Shown here piece by piece: positions 32,615 through 36,579 of a DNA stretch of 36,579 bases (the stretch's first letter is position 1; the number at the start of each line of letters is the position of its first letter). The stretch spans positions 1 to 36,579 of IMG/VR virus record IMGVR_UViG_3300032212_000082. One strand, given 5' to 3'. The position numbers were made by a program, and so were the translations under genes. Under the pieces are notes generated by a model. That model was not told the DNA's origin. It was given only the letters and a program-made list of their open reading frames with translations, and made no database searches. This stretch comes from a virus. Lineage: Duplodnaviria > Caudoviricetes.

Positions 32615-34082
32615 ACAAATGACCACTGAGTATAACTTAATGCCTCAAGGTGAGGTGTTACAGAAGTTTACTGAGTGTCGTGCATCTAAATCTATGATTA
32701 TGGGGCCGCTTGGGTCAGGTAAGACGGTACAAACGATTCTGAAGTTCTTGGACTTGATGTGTGAACAAGAGCCTGTTAAGCAGAAGAACCACCCTAATTT
32801 TAATAAGCGACTGTCTAGAATCATTGCTTGTCGTAACACTTACTCTGAATTATTTAGTACAACGATTAAGGATTGGTTGGAGATACATGGCGACCTGGGG
32901 ATGTTTAAACAGGGATCTAAAGCGCCACCTACGCATTTCATTTCATTTGATTTAGAGGATGGTACGTCCGTCGAGTGCGAGGTTATCTTCATTGCATTTG
33001 ATAGACCTGACCACGTTAAGAAGGCAAGGGGTATTCAGTGTACTTGGGCGTGGTTAAATGAGACTAAAGAGCTTCCTAAGCCCGCTATTGATATGTTAGA
33101 CCTCCGTTGTGGTCGTTATCCTTCTAGAAAGGAAGGGGCTATATGTACTCATCATGGAATGATTGGTGATACTAACGCGCCCTATGAGGGTCACTGGTAC
33201 TATGAATTAGCTGAAGAAGAGCGTCCTAAAGATTGGAAGTTCTACCGCCAACCAGGCGGGGTGCTTAAGAAAGATGGTAAGTGGGTAGTGAATCAAGCCG
33301 CTGAAAACATCCACAATTTACCTGAAGGTTATTACGAAAGAGGCTTACAAGGAAAAACTGATGACTGGATACACGTTAACCTGGCAAACGAATACGGCTT
33401 CGTTGCCGACGGAAAACCCGTACACCCATGGTATGTGGACTCAACACACTGCCGTCACTTGGATGAATGGACTCCTGACGTCACGCAACCTATCATACTG
33501 GGATTCGACTTTGGGCGTACACCGGCATGTACATTTATGCAACGAGCTGAGTTTAACCGTTGGATCGTATTCGACGAGTTTCTGGCAGAAGATATGGGGG
33601 CTGTTGAATTTGCCCCAGCACTCAAGAAGTACATCGACTATGAATATCCCCATTTCAAGTTTAGAGGATGGGGTGACCCTAGTGGATCTAACAGGAACCA
33701 AGCAAACTCTCAAACTCCGTTTATGATCTTAAGAAGCGCAGGAATACCTTGCCAACCAACTCATACTAATGATCCGTTAAAACGTCGAGCAGCATTAGAA
33801 ATCCCTATGAAAGAATTGTGTATGGATGGTATGCCACGATTTGTATTAATGCCTAAAGCTAAGATGGTTAGACGGGGACTGCAAGGCGGATTCTGCTATA
33901 GAAGACTACAGAAGTCCGGAGAATACTATACCGAAGAGCCAGACAAGAATGAATACTCTCACCCGGTAGAAGCATTAGAATACGCCCTACAAGGCGAGGG
34001 GGAGGGGCGCAAAGCCTTAACATCTAGCAAGAACTTTAAAAAACCTGTATTTGCTAAAGCCAACTTCTCGGTGTTTGATTAA
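32607..34082 (+). CDS. terL: Terminase large subunit
   Basis: Walker A GPLGSGKT, Walker B WAWLNE, motif GDTNAP, nuclease LGFDFG, GDPSG and the C-terminal KNEYSHPVEALEY. Confidence 0.95.
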   Translation: MSEQMTTEYNLMPQGEVLQKFTECRASKSMIMGPLGSGKTVQTILKFLDLMCEQEPVKQKNHPNFNKRLSRIIACRNTYSELFSTTIKDWLEIHGDLGMFKQGSKAPPTHFISFDLEDGTSVECEVIFIAFDRPDHVKKARGIQCTWAWLNETKELPKPAIDMLDLRCGRYPSRKEGAICTHHGMIGDTNAPYEGHWYYELAEEERPKDWKFYRQPGGVLKKDGKWVVNQAAENIHNLPEGYYERGLQGKTDDWIHVNLANEYGFVADGKPVHPWYVDSTHCRHLDEWTPDVTQPIILGFDFGRTPACTFMQRAEFNRWIVFDEFLAEDMGAVEFAPALKKYIDYEYPHFKFRGWGDPSGSNRNQANSQTPFMILRSAGIPCQPTHTNDPLKRRAALEIPMKELCMDGMPRFVLMPKAKMVRRGLQGGFCYRRLQKSGEYYTEEPDKNEYSHPVEALEYALQGEGEGRKALTSSKNFKKPVFAKANFSVFD

Positions 34083-34426
34083 TGAAAGCAATTGTTTGTT
34101 TTGGGCCATCTAAGAATAAATTACTCCAAAGCATATTTAAAGAAGATTTTCAACACTGTTTTGTGGTATTATATCCACAGGATTGTGTCGTTATAGTAGA
34201 TCCTACTGTGGATAACATTAATATAACTGTGTGTAAGCAAGAAGTTCTCCACACAAAGATGCGGCCAATTAGGTATGCAGTTGAGGTAGATATCGGGGAA
34301 GCCGAACAAGGAATCCTTGGTTTACACTCTTGTGTATCTCATGTGAAACGAATTATAGGTATAAATAAGTGGTGGATTATTACACCGCAACAGTTATTTA
34401 AGGAGCTAGTCCGTGGGTATTTTTAG
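34082..34426 (+). CDS. Small permuted papain-like (His before Cys) protein
   Basis: FQHCFVV ... SCVSHVKRIIG ... ITPQQLFKEL. Sits between terL and portal. Confidence 0.55.
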   Translation: MKAIVCFGPSKNKLLQSIFKEDFQHCFVVLYPQDCVVIVDPTVDNINITVCKQEVLHTKMRPIRYAVEVDIGEAEQGILGLHSCVSHVKRIIGINKWWIITPQQLFKELVRGYF

Positions 34427-34676
34427 TAAGCCGAAACCACCGAGCAATGAATTGACCGCAGCAGAAGAGGCTCAGTTGAAAAGAAACAAGAGTTTATTGG
34501 ACGAAGAGATTGAAGAGTCCGAGAAGAGGTTGAAAGCAATGTCGCGGGGAAAGTTAGGTTACAAATCGCTGTTAAAAGGCGGGTCGCCAAGCGGCCCCAC
34601 AGGAGGTGGTCAGACGCCAAGCGCAGGACGAGCGACACCTAGCCTTATCCGACCCCCAGGCCCAGGTGCAAGATAA
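34413..34676 (+). CDS. Small protein preceding the portal (likely virion-associated)
   Basis: MGIFSKPKPP, a coiled segment and RGKLGYKSLL. GTG start with SD AAGGAG. Confidence 0.65.
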   Translation: MGIFSKPKPPSNELTAAEEAQLKRNKSLLDEEIEESEKRLKAMSRGKLGYKSLLKGGSPSGPTGGGQTPSAGRATPSLIRPPGPGAR

Positions 34677-36271
34677 TGGAACTACCTAGAGAGTTAGGGT
34701 CACTAAAAGACCTAAAGAATCGAGCTGGGAAGGCCAAGAGTCAAGAAGTGCTATGGGAAGATACTCTAAACGACGTTTATGACTACTTTCTCCCTCAGCG
34801 GAATATTTTTGATGATGAAGCCCCTGGTCAGCATAAAATGGACCGGATATTTGACTCAACCCCTTTGGAAGCTATCCAACAAGGGGCCTCAAAGCTACAG
34901 GAGTCGATTGCACCTATATGGTCTAGGTGGGCCAAGCCTGAAGTGCCTAAGCGCATTAAATCGTTTCTAGAGGCCAATGAGTCTGAGGTATCATTAGAAG
35001 ACGTTCAGCAGTATCTTGATAAGCAAAACGAAATATTGTTTGACTATATTCATCGGTCAAATTTTGGCACACAGTTTTATGAAATGGCCCTTGATGTTCT
35101 AGTGGGGACGGGGACACTAAAGATTGATGAACAAGATGACGATGAAAGCCCACTCGTATTCAATTCAATCCCACAGAGAGGCATTGCGTTTGAAGAAGCC
35201 CCTCATGGTTCGATTGAAACCCATTGGCGAGAGTTCAAGGTATGCGCAAGAAATCTTGAGCGAACTTGGAAGGGATTTAAGCCATCCGAAGAAATAGCTG
35301 ATTTAATTGCGCGTGAACCAGAGACAAAGGTTCAAGTGACTGAGGGTGTTGTGTATGAGCCTAAAGGCAAAAAGTATTATGGCGTTGTATGGGTCAAGGG
35401 AGAGGAGCAGATTTCTTGGCTGTATGATTTCAAAGACTCTTCACCTTTCGTTACAGGCCGTTATGCTAAATGCTCAGGCGAAATCAGAGGAAGAGGCCCA
35501 GCATTACAAGCATTGCCAGATGCCAAATCCCTTAATAAAGCCAAAGAATTTTCTTTACAGAAGGCCGCTATTGACTTGGCTGGCATGTGGACTGCTACAG
35601 ATGATGGCGTTGTTAATCCTTATAACATCACTGTCGCTCCCGGTGTGGTTATTCCCGTGGGTTCTAACAACTCTGCAAACCCTTCTTTAATGCGATTAGA
35701 CACTAATTCAAGCTTGCAACTATCTGAGTTTGTGATTAGTGACCTACAAATGGCGATTAAACGCGCCCTATTCAATGATTTAAGAGATCCTAATGGGCCA
35801 GTACGTTCAGCAACCGAAGTCTCAATAGAGGCTCGTGAAATAGCTAAACGCATTGGTTCTGCTTATGGACGCTTGCAAACTGAGATATTAATCCCGACCC
35901 TTCAGCGAGTTCATTGGATTTTAAAGAGGCGTGGTTTAATCGAGCCTATGGAAGTAGGCGGCATGGAGGTTGAATACAAGTTTACCTCTCCATTAGCTGT
36001 CTCACAGGACATGGAGGATTTAATGGCTGTACAACAAGCTGTTGAGTTTACTATGGCAACCGCTGGCCCTGCTCAAGCACAAATGGCTTTTAGATTAGAA
36101 GACTTTGGATCGTGGGCTGGTAGAAAAACTGGCATGACTTCTGAACTCTTGCGTACCGAAGAAGAGAAGAAGCAAGTAATCGAAGCTGGCGCACAAGCAG
36201 CAATGGCTGGCGGAGATACAGGTGAAGAGCCTGTAGCACGACAACAACAACCCTTGAGGAGCGTAACTTAG
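34676..36271 (+). CDS. Portal (head-tail connector), T7 gp8/BPP-1 type
   Basis: Motifs IFDST, SNF..QFYE, GEIRGRGPA..ALPD.KSLN, SATEV, GRLQTE and FTSPLA. Confidence 0.93.
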   Translation: MELPRELGSLKDLKNRAGKAKSQEVLWEDTLNDVYDYFLPQRNIFDDEAPGQHKMDRIFDSTPLEAIQQGASKLQESIAPIWSRWAKPEVPKRIKSFLEANESEVSLEDVQQYLDKQNEILFDYIHRSNFGTQFYEMALDVLVGTGTLKIDEQDDDESPLVFNSIPQRGIAFEEAPHGSIETHWREFKVCARNLERTWKGFKPSEEIADLIAREPETKVQVTEGVVYEPKGKKYYGVVWVKGEEQISWLYDFKDSSPFVTGRYAKCSGEIRGRGPALQALPDAKSLNKAKEFSLQKAAIDLAGMWTATDDGVVNPYNITVAPGVVIPVGSNNSANPSLMRLDTNSSLQLSEFVISDLQMAIKRALFNDLRDPNGPVRSATEVSIEAREIAKRIGSAYGRLQTEILIPTLQRVHWILKRRGLIEPMEVGGMEVEYKFTSPLAVSQDMEDLMAVQQAVEFTMATAGPAQAQMAFRLEDFGSWAGRKTGMTSELLRTEEEKKQVIEAGAQAAMAGGDTGEEPVARQQQPLRSVT

Positions 36272-36543
36272 TGACCTGGACCGACCTTACCACCGAGTCC
36301 CAGTCATCCCAACAAGTAGAAGAACAAAAAGCGAAAGCCCAAGCCCTTTCACAGTTAGTGCATAGGGTGTTCTCTACAACGGATGGCCATGAACTCTTAG
36401 CACATCTAACCAACACCTTCATTATCAATAATGACACTGCGCTTAACGCAGAGAATTATTCCTATGAGTTAGCTTATCATAATGGTGAAGCAGGTACAGT
36501 TAGGTACATCATCCACCAAATAAATAGAGCCGAGCAGTTATGA
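36271..36543 (+). CDS. Small post-portal protein (Bbp19-like)
   Basis: VFSTTDGHELLAHL...AYHNGEAGTVRYI pattern in the post-portal position. Confidence 0.7.
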   Translation: MTWTDLTTESQSSQQVEEQKAKAQALSQLVHRVFSTTDGHELLAHLTNTFIINNDTALNAENYSYELAYHNGEAGTVRYIIHQINRAEQL

Positions 36544-36579
36544 AAAATAAAGAACTAGAAAAACTCAGGAATCAAGCGA
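36395..36579. repeat. Terminal direct repeat, right copy
   Basis: Matches 1-185 with one mismatch (A36522 vs G128). Confidence 0.97.

Noticed and set aside
851-36437. Numerous 60-160 aa antisense or alternate-frame ORFs inside large genes (e.g. 1648-1935, 10643-11134, 33361-33726, 36090-36437)
   Set aside because: They are nested in well-supported genes, lack SD sequences and recognisable motifs, and are expected by chance.

Overview
This window is an apparently complete, circularly permuted genome of a small tailed dsDNA phage. Bases 1-185 repeat at 36395-36579 with one mismatch, giving a unit length of about 36,394 bp. The virion module is podovirus-like in the T7/BPP-1 style: terS, terL, portal, scaffold, major capsid, a small decoration-like protein, tail tubular A and B, three internal/ejection proteins and a tail fibre. 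An unusual 5-kb block follows, made of a small beta-sandwich gene and two paralogous pairs of beta-helix protein plus beta-rich partner. The non-structural half is lambdoid-like but stripped down. Its leftward arm carries cro, an HTH protein, a metallophosphoesterase, an initiator-like fragment, DUF1367 and ninG. Its rightward arm carries ERF, YqaJ exonuclease, SSB, a dense array of small genes, an M23 endolysin and a holin. A short leftward operon contains a GP88-like gene. I see no integrase, CI repressor, DNA polymerase, primase, helicase, reverse transcriptase, tRNA or CRISPR array. The most striking unexplained structure is the 3.5-kb small-gene array at 25868-29437. Most of its gene boundaries are built from the same short repeat (GGAGAAAGACAATGA, five perfect copies plus variants, and a second 20-bp junction repeat), and it lies directly behind a Red-like recombination trio. 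Other highlights are a highly structured 220-nt non-coding element where a lambdoid origin would be, a 12-bp near-palindrome shared by the two late promoters, and an NNY-only Ala-rich mosaic repeat. All family calls come from motif recognition and synteny by eye, not from database searches.
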